Virus record (IMG/VR): IMGVR_UViG_3300019458_000024
Span: 82,209-146,208 of that record
Origin: a virus
Direction: 5' to 3' (one strand)
Length of the DNA: 64,000 nt
Positions 1-8,491 of this stretch are shown in pieces (the stretch's first letter is position 1; each line of letters starts with the position of its first letter). The notes under the pieces are model-generated. The model ran no database searches. It was not told the DNA's origin and worked only from the letters and a program-made list of their open reading frames with translations. The position numbers and the translations under genes are program-made.

Positions 1-4
1 AAAT

Positions 5-195
5 ATGATTTATCAACTAGTTCCGTATAAACACGAATCTTATACTAACCTTACGGATGCCGAAGAAAAAGTTTACTCTAAAGTTAAGTCAAGGATGAAG
101 AAACTTGAGAAAAAAAGGCTTTGGAAGATTTGATCGCTGGCATGGAAAAGGATTTAGTCTCGCTAAAAGAGGAGTTGAAGAATGAAGAACTTTGA
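5..195 (+). CDS. small coiled-coil-like protein, apparently frameshifted in an A7 run (110-116)
   Basis: ATG at 5 reads to TGA 131-133. The -1 frame continues KALEDLIAGMEKDLVSLKEELKNEEL* to 195, overlapping the next gene start. Confidence 0.35.
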
Positions 196-409
196 CAGCA
201 ATAGTCCTACTCTAGTCCTTCAATTTGATAACGTTGATGCGGTTAATCACTTTAAATCTTGGCTTTGTGAATCAGGGGAACAGCACTACTGGGATTGGAT
301 GATTGAAGCAGAAGAGGATTGGGAGGGTAATATTTCAGGTATAAATTTTGACTATTCTACAGGATCAACTATTAAAGTTACGTGCGGAAGGTTGAACAAA
401 TGGCTATAA
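182..409 (+). CDS. hypothetical protein
   Basis: ORF track; GAGGAG SD upstream; tightly packed. Confidence 0.7.
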   Translation: MKNFDSNSPTLVLQFDNVDAVNHFKSWLCESGEQHYWDWMIEAEEDWEGNISGINFDYSTGSTIKVTCGRLNKWL

Positions 410-666
410 ATCTCTCTCATTTAAAGAAGCTTTGCGCGGAGGCTACGAATCAAACGCTCCTGTGGGCGCGAGATCCGATGGTGCCGAATCCTATGATCGT
501 GCTTGCGGAAGAGGCCGTCCCCGCGCTCATCGAGGCGTTGGAGAAGTATGGCTTCCACCTGACGTTCTGCAAAGTTAACGTAGACCCAGTTAGCGGTGGA
601 TGGTCTATCGATGCGCCATGCACCTGCGGCTGGTCCGCGCTCCTGGACACGAGGGAGGAGGGATGA
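400..666 (+). CDS. hypothetical protein with C-terminal KYGxH...CTCGW motif
   Basis: ORF 382..666, ATG at 400 preferred; ATGA overlap with next gene. Confidence 0.7.
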   Translation: MAINLSHLKKLCAEATNQTLLWARDPMVPNPMIVLAEEAVPALIEALEKYGFHLTFCKVNVDPVSGGWSIDAPCTCGWSALLDTREEG

Positions 667-926
667 TGGTCAAGGATGATGCTGATGATCATGATTGTAT
701 CAGATGCAATGGGGCATGTCATGTTCCATTCGGTTTTGAGAGACCTGATCATGGTCTGTGTTGGCCATGCTGCAGCGATGTCGTGAGTGAGCTGCAGGAA
801 CAGCTCACGAAGTACGGCGCGCATACGATGGCGTGCCCATCATGGGATGATCCGCGAGCTGAGTGTCACTGCACATGCGGTTGGGACGATGTTGTGAAGA
901 CAATGGAAGAGAGGAAATTGTTGTGA
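663..926 (+). CDS. Cys-rich hypothetical protein with KYGxH...CTCGW motif
   Basis: GAGGAGG SD before ATG 663; CxxC pairs. Confidence 0.7.
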   Translation: MMVKDDADDHDCIRCNGACHVPFGFERPDHGLCWPCCSDVVSELQEQLTKYGAHTMACPSWDDPRAECHCTCGWDDVVKTMEERKLL

Positions 927-1327
927 AAAATCACTATTCTGTAAAACAAACAATAGTGATTAGAACCGACCTTCAAATGACTGCTGGAAAAATGTGTGCA
1001 CAGGCAGCACACGCCTCCATGGCAGTTTTGCTCAACGCAAGTCAAAGAGAGACACTTAACGGAACACTTGTCACTGTAATCAGACACTGGATGGATCTGA
1101 CTGCTTGGTTGGACCATTCTTTTGCTAAGATCGGGCTTAGAGCAGAGTCTGAGGAAGAGCTTAGAGATATTATTCAAAAGGCTAAGGATGCCGGCTTGCC
1201 GGTAGCTGAAATTACCGACAATGGGTTTACTCATTTCAAAGGAGTGCCTACACTAACGTGTTGTGCAATTGGGCCAGCTAAGTTGGAAGAGATTGATAAG
1301 ATAACAGGTCATTTAAAGTTACTTTGA
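923..1327 (+). CDS. pth2: peptidyl-tRNA hydrolase, Pth2 (archaeal/eukaryotic type)
   Basis: KQTIVIRTDLQMTAGKMCAQAAHAS, ITDNGFTH and TCCAIGP...IDKITGHLKLL are Pth2 hallmarks; GTG start at 923. Confidence 0.92.
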   Translation: MKNHYSVKQTIVIRTDLQMTAGKMCAQAAHASMAVLLNASQRETLNGTLVTVIRHWMDLTAWLDHSFAKIGLRAESEEELRDIIQKAKDAGLPVAEITDNGFTHFKGVPTLTCCAIGPAKLEEIDKITGHLKLL

Positions 1328-1342
1328 ACAAAGGTCTTAATA

Positions 1343-1762
1343 ATGAAAATAACAGGTAAACAAATTACTACAGTAATTTTAACTCTTTTTGTTACTACGA
1401 TTTTTAGTACTAGCCTATACGGTATATTACACGGATGGGTAGAGAAGAAAGCCACCCTAGCTGGGATATATGCTTGGCTGGGTTTTACATTTACAGGTCT
1501 TTTTGCTTGTTTAATTGCAGTGCCATTCATACTAGAAAAGTTTTTTTTACTATATAAATGGTTGTGGGTAAGTAACCCAACTTTTGAATTTTTTCGTGAA
1601 GATTCAATTCCCAGAGCGGTTGTTAGGAAGTTATTTAAACCAAAGCTAGATTTCAAATCTTTTCTTATTTGTGACTCTAGAGTCCCTCCTGATTATGAAA
1701 GAGGTTGGAATGATGCTGTTTTAAAACTTTCAACGGTTGTAAACAATAAAGGAGCTAAATAG
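1343..1762 (+). CDS. membrane protein (2 predicted TM segments)
   Basis: Two hydrophobic stretches in the N-terminal half. Confidence 0.7.
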   Translation: MKITGKQITTVILTLFVTTIFSTSLYGILHGWVEKKATLAGIYAWLGFTFTGLFACLIAVPFILEKFFLLYKWLWVSNPTFEFFREDSIPRAVVRKLFKPKLDFKSFLICDSRVPPDYERGWNDAVLKLSTVVNNKGAK

Positions 1763-1763
1763 C

Positions 1764-2076
1764 GTGGACAAAAAACTCAAAACAGAATGGGTCAAAGCAC
1801 TGTGTTCTGGAAAGTATAAACAAGGTACTAAACATTTGATTCAACTGAAGGAGAATGATCTTGGGAAGCTTGAACCTCTACATTGTTGCCTTGGTGTTTT
1901 GTGCGATGTAGCTAACAAACGAGCAATTAAATGGCACGCAAACAAATAATTTGACTGTAAATCAGTTGAAGGATTTTAAGCTAAGCCAACAAGAGGCGGA
2001 CAGACTCATGACTCTTAATGATGATAACAAGTGGTCATTCAAGAAGATCGCTAATTGGATTGTGAAGAATTTGTAA
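1764..2076 (+). pseudogene. phage hypothetical (WVKAL-SGKYKQG...CCLGVLCD...LND...SF family), split by a frameshift near 1912-1947
   Basis: Frame 1 stops at 1949. The +1 frame, open from 1912, encodes the expected C-terminus LMTLNDDNKWSFKKIANWIVKNL* ending 2076. Confidence 0.55.
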
Positions 2077-2088
2077 TGGATATTACTG

Positions 2089-2385
2089 TTGGAGGAGTGT
2101 GTGACAAAAGAAACGGAAAATAGCGGAAATACTAAAATGATGCCTTGTAAGTATCCAAAATGTGGAGAAAGGAGAATTCATTTTGAACGTCAGGATGTGT
2201 CTCGCAAGACACAGTATGTAGAAGTACCTGATAATGCTACCGAATTTGATCCAATTTTTTGCTCTATTGAATGTGCTCTATTAGATGGTTGGATTTCTAT
2301 AAATTGCGATGGTCCAGAAGACCAGCAGACGCAGTGGGACAAGTGGCGAAAAATGAACGCCTCACGTATGTGCAAAATCCTATAG
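2089..2385 (+). CDS. hypothetical protein (CxxxxC/CSxxC motifs)
   Basis: ORF track; start codon uncertain. Confidence 0.6.
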   Translation: MEECVTKETENSGNTKMMPCKYPKCGERRIHFERQDVSRKTQYVEVPDNATEFDPIFCSIECALLDGWISINCDGPEDQQTQWDKWRKMNASRMCKIL

Positions 2386-2386
2386 A

Positions 2387-2400
2387 GTGTAGAATGACCT
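2387..2400 (+). promoter_or_regulatory. conserved motif GTGTAGAATGACCT, copy 1
   Basis: Exact match; 7 nt before ATG 2408. Confidence 0.85.
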
Positions 2401-2407
2401 AATAAGC

Positions 2408-2788
2408 ATGATTAGAAATAAACAAACACAAAGTGTAAAAATGAAAGAAATAACCCACCTTGTAACCTCTACAGAGCGTCGCATGAAAGAAAAGGAAATA
2501 AGCCACCTTTCAGACATGTCAGAACGTTGTCTCAACATCTCTAAGAGGTACTTGAAAACTACATTTACGGGATTTATAGTTGCTGTATTTTCCTGTGTGG
2601 GACTAGGTACAGTAGAGTTGTTGTATGTAAACAATAATATTTCTAATAGGTTGTTTACGTTTTTCTTGCTGCCAATTATGTGTGGTTCAATTTTCTATGC
2701 TATTTCATCTTACGTTTCATCCCGGACTTGGTTTGTGAATTCTGAAAAATATCTCGCAAAAGCAGAGAGATTGAGAACGTTTAGGTAA
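2408..2788 (+). CDS. membrane protein
   Basis: Two hydrophobic segments; follows motif copy 1. Confidence 0.7.
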   Translation: MIRNKQTQSVKMKEITHLVTSTERRMKEKEISHLSDMSERCLNISKRYLKTTFTGFIVAVFSCVGLGTVELLYVNNNISNRLFTFFLLPIMCGSIFYAISSYVSSRTWFVNSEKYLAKAERLRTFR

Positions 2789-2791
2789 GTT

Positions 2792-3097
2792 ATGAAGCCT
2801 AGTGAAATATTAATTGAAGCTCGACAAGTTCTTGAGAAAAGGGGCTGGTGTAAAGGCCACCATGAAGACAGAGAAGGGCGCGTTTGCGCGCAAGGTGCTC
2901 TAAACAAAGTCTGGACTATAGAAAAGACCCCGGTTCGACAGACTGCCTACGACTATTTATTGAAAGTAGCTGAGGGGGAGTTTTCTTATTCCATTACTGC
3001 GTATAATGATAGAATGTGTAAAACCATTGATGATGTTTTTGTTTGGTTTGATAACGCTATATCTTTAGCGCAACAACACGAATCTTGTGTAGAATGA
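2792..3097 (+). CDS. DUF6197-like phage protein
   Basis: GWCKG...VCAQGAL...AYND...TIDDV pattern. Confidence 0.6.
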   Translation: MKPSEILIEARQVLEKRGWCKGHHEDREGRVCAQGALNKVWTIEKTPVRQTAYDYLLKVAEGEFSYSITAYNDRMCKTIDDVFVWFDNAISLAQQHESCVE

Positions 3098-3100
3098 CCT
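3087..3100 (+). promoter_or_regulatory. conserved motif, copy 2
   Basis: Exact match; overlaps the upstream stop; 8 nt before ATG 3109. Confidence 0.85.
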
Positions 3101-3108
3101 AATAGATT

Positions 3109-3351
3109 ATGACTGCTTTCATTTGGCCAGCTTTTCTTTTTGTTGTGATAGGTGGAGTTCTTCTACATCTGTATGTTTGGCCTCGTGGACCTGAAAATAT
3201 TCCTGGAGTATCCCCAGGATACAGACACTGGATCTGCACAAGATGTTTTACCAGGGCCACTACAGTGAAGAGTGTGAGTACGGTAGTTTGTAGTCAAATA
3301 GATTGTAGTCAAATAGATTGTAATAGCAAACGTATGCAATTGGAGGAGTAG
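3109..3351 (+). CDS. small membrane-anchored Cys-containing protein
   Basis: N-terminal TM, CxxC, 15-bp tandem duplication at 3289-3318. Confidence 0.65.
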   Translation: MTAFIWPAFLFVVIGGVLLHLYVWPRGPENIPGVSPGYRHWICTRCFTRATTVKSVSTVVCSQIDCSQIDCNSKRMQLEE

Positions 3352-3352
3352 T

Positions 3353-3712
3353 ATGCCTGTAACCAAGTGTCAGATTCATGATATTGAGTACGTTACTCGT
3401 GAGTTAGCCACTACTACTTATGAAGTGTGCCCTGCTTGTGAACTACTTCCCAGTCAAGTCAAAGATTTGGAAAAGATTGAAGATCAATTTAAGGTAAATT
3501 CTGAAGTTGACAATGAAGTGCCTCCTCTCGATGTTGATAAGGTATATGGCGAGTGGCGTGATGAGATGGACACTCTAGACATGTTGAATAATACTGATAT
3601 TTCTAAGTTGTGTGTTCAGCAGAACGAGTATCCACCTATTATGGAAGCCGGGAAAATGGTTATGGTTCATTTGGTCTCCGACGGTAAAAGGTGGCTGCTA
3701 GTTCATTTTTGA
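3353..3712 (+). CDS. hypothetical protein (N-terminal CxxH/CxxC)
   Basis: GGAGGAG SD; ORF track. Confidence 0.7.
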   Translation: MPVTKCQIHDIEYVTRELATTTYEVCPACELLPSQVKDLEKIEDQFKVNSEVDNEVPPLDVDKVYGEWRDEMDTLDMLNNTDISKLCVQQNEYPPIMEAGKMVMVHLVSDGKRWLLVHF

Positions 3713-3729
3713 TGATAGGGGTGATAGTG

Positions 3730-4146
3730 ATGGAAGGAGAAAAGAAAGTGGAATGGAGCAAAAAAGAAGTTATCACGAATTATTTGGATTCATACCCAAG
3801 TGTTTTAATTCAATTTGATGCTCGTTGTGTGGGTGTGTCTGTGCCTCCTCAAATGTCAAATGATCATAGGTTGGTTTTCCGACTGGGCTATGGTTTAACT
3901 CCTCCAATTCTAGATCTTTTTACTGATAATGGCGGTATTAGCGTCACTTTACATTTTGCTGGCCGTCCTTTCTCCTGCGTGATTCCATGGGGAGCCGTTT
4001 ACAGAGTCAGTGCGGAGAATCTTCCAGACTTTTATTTTTGGGAAGATTCTATGCCAACCAAAATTATGGATACGCCCGTACCAGAGCCCGTAGATTCAGA
4101 AGATACTGCTGTTTTAAAAATTCCCCATCTTAAGTTGGTAGACTAA
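3730..4146 (+). CDS. sspB: SspB-like ClpXP specificity-enhancing adaptor
   Basis: VLIQFDAR..GVSVPP...GISVTLHFAGRPFSCVIPWGAVY core plus a C-terminal PHLKLVD resembling the ClpX-binding tail. Confidence 0.8.
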   Translation: MEGEKKVEWSKKEVITNYLDSYPSVLIQFDARCVGVSVPPQMSNDHRLVFRLGYGLTPPILDLFTDNGGISVTLHFAGRPFSCVIPWGAVYRVSAENLPDFYFWEDSMPTKIMDTPVPEPVDSEDTAVLKIPHLKLVD

Positions 4147-4487
4147 TGAATAGAAATAAATACGACTGGTGGGAGTCTGTTAAGGTTGTAGCTAAAAACT
4201 CTCCACAACCGGAATCTAAAGATTGTAATACTTTTCGTGGAATTGATCTTTCGGAAGATACTAGGAGACTGTGTTCCATTGATGTAACTGTCCCCGTCAA
4301 TGCTAAAAAAGTTACTATGACATTCCCTTCAGAGGTAGCTATAAGCAGTAGGGAAATGTTTGAACTTAGGAGAGTGGCTGAAGTAGTTGTACATACTATG
4401 CCGGACGGTAGCGACTGGGTGGTTAAAGACAGAAATGGAGCAGTGCCAAGACTAATCAAACTGGGGGAAGAAAAGCCTAATAAGTGA
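4146..4487 (+). CDS. hypothetical protein
   Basis: ORF track; TAATG coupling. Confidence 0.7.
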   Translation: MNRNKYDWWESVKVVAKNSPQPESKDCNTFRGIDLSEDTRRLCSIDVTVPVNAKKVTMTFPSEVAISSREMFELRRVAEVVVHTMPDGSDWVVKDRNGAVPRLIKLGEEKPNK

Positions 4488-4490
4488 TAA

Positions 4491-4775
4491 ATGCCATATA
4501 GGATGCCTGGACACAGTTATCTATGTTCGTGGTGCATGAGGCCAATAAAGGAAACAGATAATGGTTGGCAAATGTACACACGAGAAGACAATCCATTTGG
4601 TGTAAGAATGCACCATCTATGCGGTGATGTGGTTTATGTTCGTTATTGGTTATTGTTTCTTAATACTTTGCAAGTGCAGGCGCCTTGGTATATAAGAGTA
4701 TGGCTCTCTAAAAGATGGAAAGATGAAAAAGAACGGTATAGAAAGCTTCATGCCAAATGGATAAAAAGTCTGTAG
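4491..4775 (+). CDS. hypothetical protein (CxxC...HxxC)
   Basis: ORF track. Confidence 0.65.
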   Translation: MPYRMPGHSYLCSWCMRPIKETDNGWQMYTREDNPFGVRMHHLCGDVVYVRYWLLFLNTLQVQAPWYIRVWLSKRWKDEKERYRKLHAKWIKSL

Positions 4776-4954
4776 AAAGACCTCATATGGTGGACAAGAG
4801 AGCAAGAATCCAAAAATTGGAGAAAGATATTAGTTTGATGAAAGATTATCTACAGTTGCGTTTGCAAATGAATGATTGGCATGGAGTTCGAGACGCAGCT
4901 GCTGATATAGAACAATTAGTATCTGAAATTAAAGAACTTACTTATACTGACTAG
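4757..4954 (+). CDS. small coiled-coil protein
   Basis: ORF track. Confidence 0.65.
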   Translation: MDKKSVERPHMVDKRARIQKLEKDISLMKDYLQLRLQMNDWHGVRDAAADIEQLVSEIKELTYTD

Positions 4955-4959
4955 CGAAA

Positions 4960-5178
4960 GTGCACTATATGAAAAGACATAAACATCCACTTCATCAATG
5001 GTTAAGCGTTGTATACCGCTGTGGCAAGGAAATGCCAACAGAGGTAGCTTGTAGTAGGATCTATAATCATCCTGGGGAATGTGTGGCCATGATGTGTGAT
5101 GCCTACCACGCAGACACAGGACGAGAGTGGAAAGAAGATTACACAACATTACCTGAACCTAAAAAAGAAGAACTATAG
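4960..5178 (+). CDS. hypothetical protein
   Basis: ORF track; GTG start. Confidence 0.55.
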   Translation: MHYMKRHKHPLHQWLSVVYRCGKEMPTEVACSRIYNHPGECVAMMCDAYHADTGREWKEDYTTLPEPKKEEL

Positions 5179-5191
5179 AAAGGAAAAGAAA

Positions 5192-5464
5192 ATGGCAAGA
5201 CAAAAGAAAGACCCGTTCGCAGACCTTGATGAGAATTTCAAGGAAGACATTCTCGCTATGAATGAAGAGGAAATTCGTGATCGAATTGCCACTACTGCGC
5301 TTGCTCAAGCTGACCTCATGGCCGCTAAGAGCGAGGACCAAGCACTAAAAGAGAAGCAAGAAGAGTATAAAGAAGCGGGTGCTGTTTATCGAGAGGGCAC
5401 TAAGATGAACAAACTGCGTATCAGTTACGCTCGTCAAGTTCTTGAGGATCGTGGGAAGATTTAA
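5192..5464 (+). CDS. helical hypothetical protein
   Basis: AAGGA SD before ATG 5192 within ORF 5096..5464. Confidence 0.75.
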   Translation: MARQKKDPFADLDENFKEDILAMNEEEIRDRIATTALAQADLMAAKSEDQALKEKQEEYKEAGAVYREGTKMNKLRISYARQVLEDRGKI

Positions 5465-5662
5465 ATGACGCCGGAAGAACTTGATGCTTTTGAGAAATGG
5501 CTAACTGACGATGACCAAATAAAGTTTGATTTGGTTATGGATGGTGAGATTGAGCAAGTCTTACGACTAATACGTGCTCTGCGCGAAGCGTGGTCTGATA
5601 GAGATTACTGGATGCGTGAATACAACAATCTGAAAAATGGCACATTCGATTCAATTCCCTGA
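5465..5662 (+). CDS. hypothetical protein
   Basis: ORF track; abuts upstream stop. Confidence 0.7.
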   Translation: MTPEELDAFEKWLTDDDQIKFDLVMDGEIEQVLRLIRALREAWSDRDYWMREYNNLKNGTFDSIP

Positions 5663-5677
5663 ACGAAAAGAGTAATT

Positions 5678-5938
5678 ATGAGAATGAGATCAGATGAAGA
5701 AGTAAATGTGATGCGGTCCGAGGTTTGTGACCTATATGATAAGTGGATGTTGGACCTCATGGACTTCGCTAGAGCTAAGAACTCTGCTGGCATTAAAGAA
5801 GATCCCTATCTTTACGCTATTAATATCTACGCATCAGCAGCACAGTTTTTGGTTGACCGTGTCCAGGACCTTATGAAAAAGATGGGCGGCATGACTGTAG
5901 AATACGCTTCCTCTAAAAAAGAAGTTGATAATTCGTGA
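5678..5938 (+). CDS. hypothetical protein
   Basis: ORF track. Confidence 0.7.
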   Translation: MRMRSDEEVNVMRSEVCDLYDKWMLDLMDFARAKNSAGIKEDPYLYAINIYASAAQFLVDRVQDLMKKMGGMTVEYASSKKEVDNS

Positions 5939-6108
5939 TTTTTACTGAACCTGACCACGAAGTCTGTCATAAGTGTAATAGGGAAACTACGTGGATTCCT
6001 GTTAAGGGAGGAAGGTATTTAAAATGCTCTGGTTGTGGAGACAGGTTTCTTTGTAGAAAGAATTGTGAGCATTTAGATTGTAAAGACGCTAGGGAAGGAG
6101 AATATTAA
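5935..6108 (+). CDS. 57-aa Cys-rich zinc-ribbon-like protein (not in ORF track)
   Basis: Manual translation MIFTEPDHEVCHKCNRE...KCSGCGDRFLCRKNCEHLDC; GTGA overlap; fills the gap exactly. Confidence 0.6.
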   Translation: MIFTEPDHEVCHKCNRETTWIPVKGGRYLKCSGCGDRFLCRKNCEHLDCKDAREGEY

Positions 6109-6114
6109 AATAAA

Positions 6115-7134
6115 ATGAAAAATAAATTCTTTTCTACTGAAACTGCGCTTACTTACGATGATGTTCTTCTGGTTCCTGCGTATAATGGAATCTCGTCCAG
6201 AACTCAGGTTGACCTAAGTGTAGACATAGCTGGTAATGTTTTAACTTTGCCTTTTATGAGTGCCTCCATGGATACAGTGACCACTGGTCCTATGGCTAAG
6301 GTATTAAATACATTAGGTTGTATGGGGATCGTCCACAGATTCCAACCGCTTAAAGATCGAATAGAACAAGCTGACGTATCTCCTGCAAGTAATTTATCAA
6401 ATGTAGGTATTGCAGTAGGATTGAATGATGATTTGGACGTATTGTCGGAAGTGGACACTAATGTACTTTTGTCACTTGACGTGGCACATGCCGATTCAAC
6501 TCATGTGTATGATTATTTTAGTAAATTAAGGAAAAGATGTCCTAACCATGTGCTTATGGCTGGAAGTATTGTTACAGCCAAAGCTGCAAAAAACTTTGAT
6601 GCATTAGGAGCTGATGTAGTGCGATGTGGTATTGGTGGGGGCTCGGCTTGTACTACTCGTGAAGTTACTGGCTTTGGATTTCCTAATGTCACTGCTGTTA
6701 TGAACATTAGAGAGGCTGTAAATCTGCCTATCATAGCCGATGGTGGAATTAGGAAAAGTGATGATATAGCCAAGGCCATCGCTGCCGGCGCTTCGTGTGT
6801 GATGATGGGATCCCTTTTGGCAGGAACGGATGAAGCTCCTGGAGAGATTATCTCCACAAAAGAAGGTCGCAAGAAGGTCTATCAGGGTATGGCCTCTAAC
6901 CAGGCTCAGATTGATTGGAGAGGTGGTTTGAAGGAAGGTACTGTGGCTGAGGGCATAAGTGGGTATGTCAATTACAAAGGTTCTGTAAAAGGCATCATAG
7001 ATCAGTTAGCAGCAGGTCTCCGATCTTCCCTTACGTACGCAGGTGCTGAGAATTTAAAGGAGTTTTACGAATTAACACAGTTTATTAAAGTTACTCCTAT
7101 GTGTCTTACCTCGGAGTCAAAAACTCGTCTATAA
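6115..7134 (+). CDS. guaB: IMP dehydrogenase / GMP reductase family protein, no CBS domains
   Basis: LTYDDVLLVP, SASMDTVT, catalytic loop GIGGGSACTTR, IIADGGIR, YQGMAS. IMPDH versus GMPR is not resolved. Confidence 0.9.
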   Translation: MKNKFFSTETALTYDDVLLVPAYNGISSRTQVDLSVDIAGNVLTLPFMSASMDTVTTGPMAKVLNTLGCMGIVHRFQPLKDRIEQADVSPASNLSNVGIAVGLNDDLDVLSEVDTNVLLSLDVAHADSTHVYDYFSKLRKRCPNHVLMAGSIVTAKAAKNFDALGADVVRCGIGGGSACTTREVTGFGFPNVTAVMNIREAVNLPIIADGGIRKSDDIAKAIAAGASCVMMGSLLAGTDEAPGEIISTKEGRKKVYQGMASNQAQIDWRGGLKEGTVAEGISGYVNYKGSVKGIIDQLAAGLRSSLTYAGAENLKEFYELTQFIKVTPMCLTSESKTRL

Positions 7135-7138
7135 AACA

Positions 7139-7152
7139 GTGTAGAATGACCT
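7139..7152 (+). promoter_or_regulatory. conserved motif, copy 3
   Basis: Exact match; 6 nt before ATG 7159. Confidence 0.85.
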
Positions 7153-7158
7153 TATAGT

Positions 7159-7335
7159 ATGGATGACAATTCTTATAAGGCCGGATTTGAAGACGCTGTA
7201 CTAATTGTTAAAACTGCGCTATTAGCTCATAAAGAGCCCCCTATTCCTGGTGAGTCTGTATGGTTGGACACGGATTACACAGCTGCCTGGAATGAGCTTT
7301 ACTCAAAGGTTATGGAAGAGATTGATGGACTCTAA
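7159..7335 (+). CDS. 58-aa hypothetical protein (not in ORF track)
   Basis: Manual translation MDDNSYKAGFEDAVLIVK...EEIDGL*; directly follows motif copy 3. Confidence 0.65.
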   Translation: MDDNSYKAGFEDAVLIVKTALLAHKEPPIPGESVWLDTDYTAAWNELYSKVMEEIDGL

Positions 7336-7546
7336 AATAAACAGTCAAATTGTTGAAATTTCAGAGGATTTTGATGTAACCTTTAATGCGTTTCTTGAGG
7401 GCGTGTACGCACTACTGCGAAAAGATGGCATTTCCGATACGGCGATAACTTTAGCCATTCTACAATCATTGACTAATATTATTGTGAGTATGGCTATGCA
7501 GTGTATTACCAAAGATGAGTTCATCGCTATATTGAGTGAATCTTAG
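7325..7546 (+). CDS. hypothetical protein
   Basis: ATG 7325 within ORF 7250..7546. Confidence 0.6.
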   Translation: MDSKINSQIVEISEDFDVTFNAFLEGVYALLRKDGISDTAITLAILQSLTNIIVSMAMQCITKDEFIAILSES

Positions 7547-7874
7547 AGCACCAGGATTGGAAAGATTAATTGATATGTTTAAAAAAATAAAATTGGAAAA
7601 TATTAATAAATCCCGCGAGCTTGTAGAACATGATGGAATGTCAATAACTTTAGCGATTTCCAATTTTGTCTCCGCTGCGCAATTGAGCGGACATAATATG
7701 GACACTATTCTCATGTCTTTGTATTCTGTCCTTTTTCCAATAGCTATGGATGCGGGTTACGGATGTGGACTCACAAAAGATTTCCTCCTTAGAAAAACAG
7801 GTGATTACTACAAACCTGGTCCGTTAACTTGTGATTTATCACAAACAACAATTGATAAGAAAGTAGCCAATTAA
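7536..7874 (+). CDS. hypothetical protein
   Basis: ORF track. Confidence 0.65.
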   Translation: MNLRAPGLERLIDMFKKIKLENINKSRELVEHDGMSITLAISNFVSAAQLSGHNMDTILMSLYSVLFPIAMDAGYGCGLTKDFLLRKTGDYYKPGPLTCDLSQTTIDKKVAN

Positions 7875-7875
7875 A

Positions 7876-8181
7876 ATGTCTGAAGAACTAAAACCTGATA
7901 TTAAATATTACGAAAAGACGCCTGAAACGTCAGAGCTTCACAGTCAACTAGAATTGCAACTCAGTAATGTTATTAACAGTTTTTACGCAGAAGCTGTATT
8001 AAAGAAGCATGATCCCAATATGGTTGGGGCAATTGTTGAATCTGTCATTAGTCAAGCTTCGGCACTGATTGCAGTCAAGCGAAACATTCCAAAGGAAATT
8101 TTCGTGGTCCAATCTGGGATTGACTACGATGCGATGGTCCAGACTAGTCAAGAGTATGAAAACAAAGACAGGTTGGACTAG
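7876..8181 (+). CDS. hypothetical protein
   Basis: ORF track. Confidence 0.7.
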   Translation: MSEELKPDIKYYEKTPETSELHSQLELQLSNVINSFYAEAVLKKHDPNMVGAIVESVISQASALIAVKRNIPKEIFVVQSGIDYDAMVQTSQEYENKDRLD

Positions 8182-8182
8182 T

Positions 8183-8488
8183 ATGAATCAATATGAATCA
8201 TACCTTTGTGGGTCTCCTGACACTGGATATCATTACGTAAACTACGTATGGAATACGTCAAATACGTCGTATCTAGAAAAGATGGATAAATGCAGTTCAA
8301 AATATTGGACCCTTACGGAGTGTATTATTGATGCGCTTAAAGGATTCAGCCAGTTGGGTGCAAAGGCAGAAGATAAGGTATTTGTTTATGAGCCGACTGG
8401 AGTAGGTGTAGGTTGTTTTCCATTGGTAGACGACCTTAGAATTGTAGACGTGCGCTGGAAACCTCTAAAACAGTGTAGAATGACCTAA
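8183..8488 (+). CDS. hypothetical protein
   Basis: ATG 8183 within ORF 8069..8488. Confidence 0.6.
   Translation: MNQYESYLCGSPDTGYHYVNYVWNTSNTSYLEKMDKCSSKYWTLTECIIDALKGFSQLGAKAEDKVFVYEPTGVGVGCFPLVDDLRIVDVRWKPLKQCRMT
8473..8486 (+). promoter_or_regulatory. conserved motif, copy 4
   Basis: Exact match inside the 3' end of the upstream gene; 5 nt before ATG 8492. Confidence 0.85.
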
Positions 8489-8491
8489 CTT

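Noticed and set aside
3289-3318. 15-bp tandem duplication TGTAGTCAAATAGAT
   Set aside because: Only two copies, in frame (CSQID x2); ordinary slippage.
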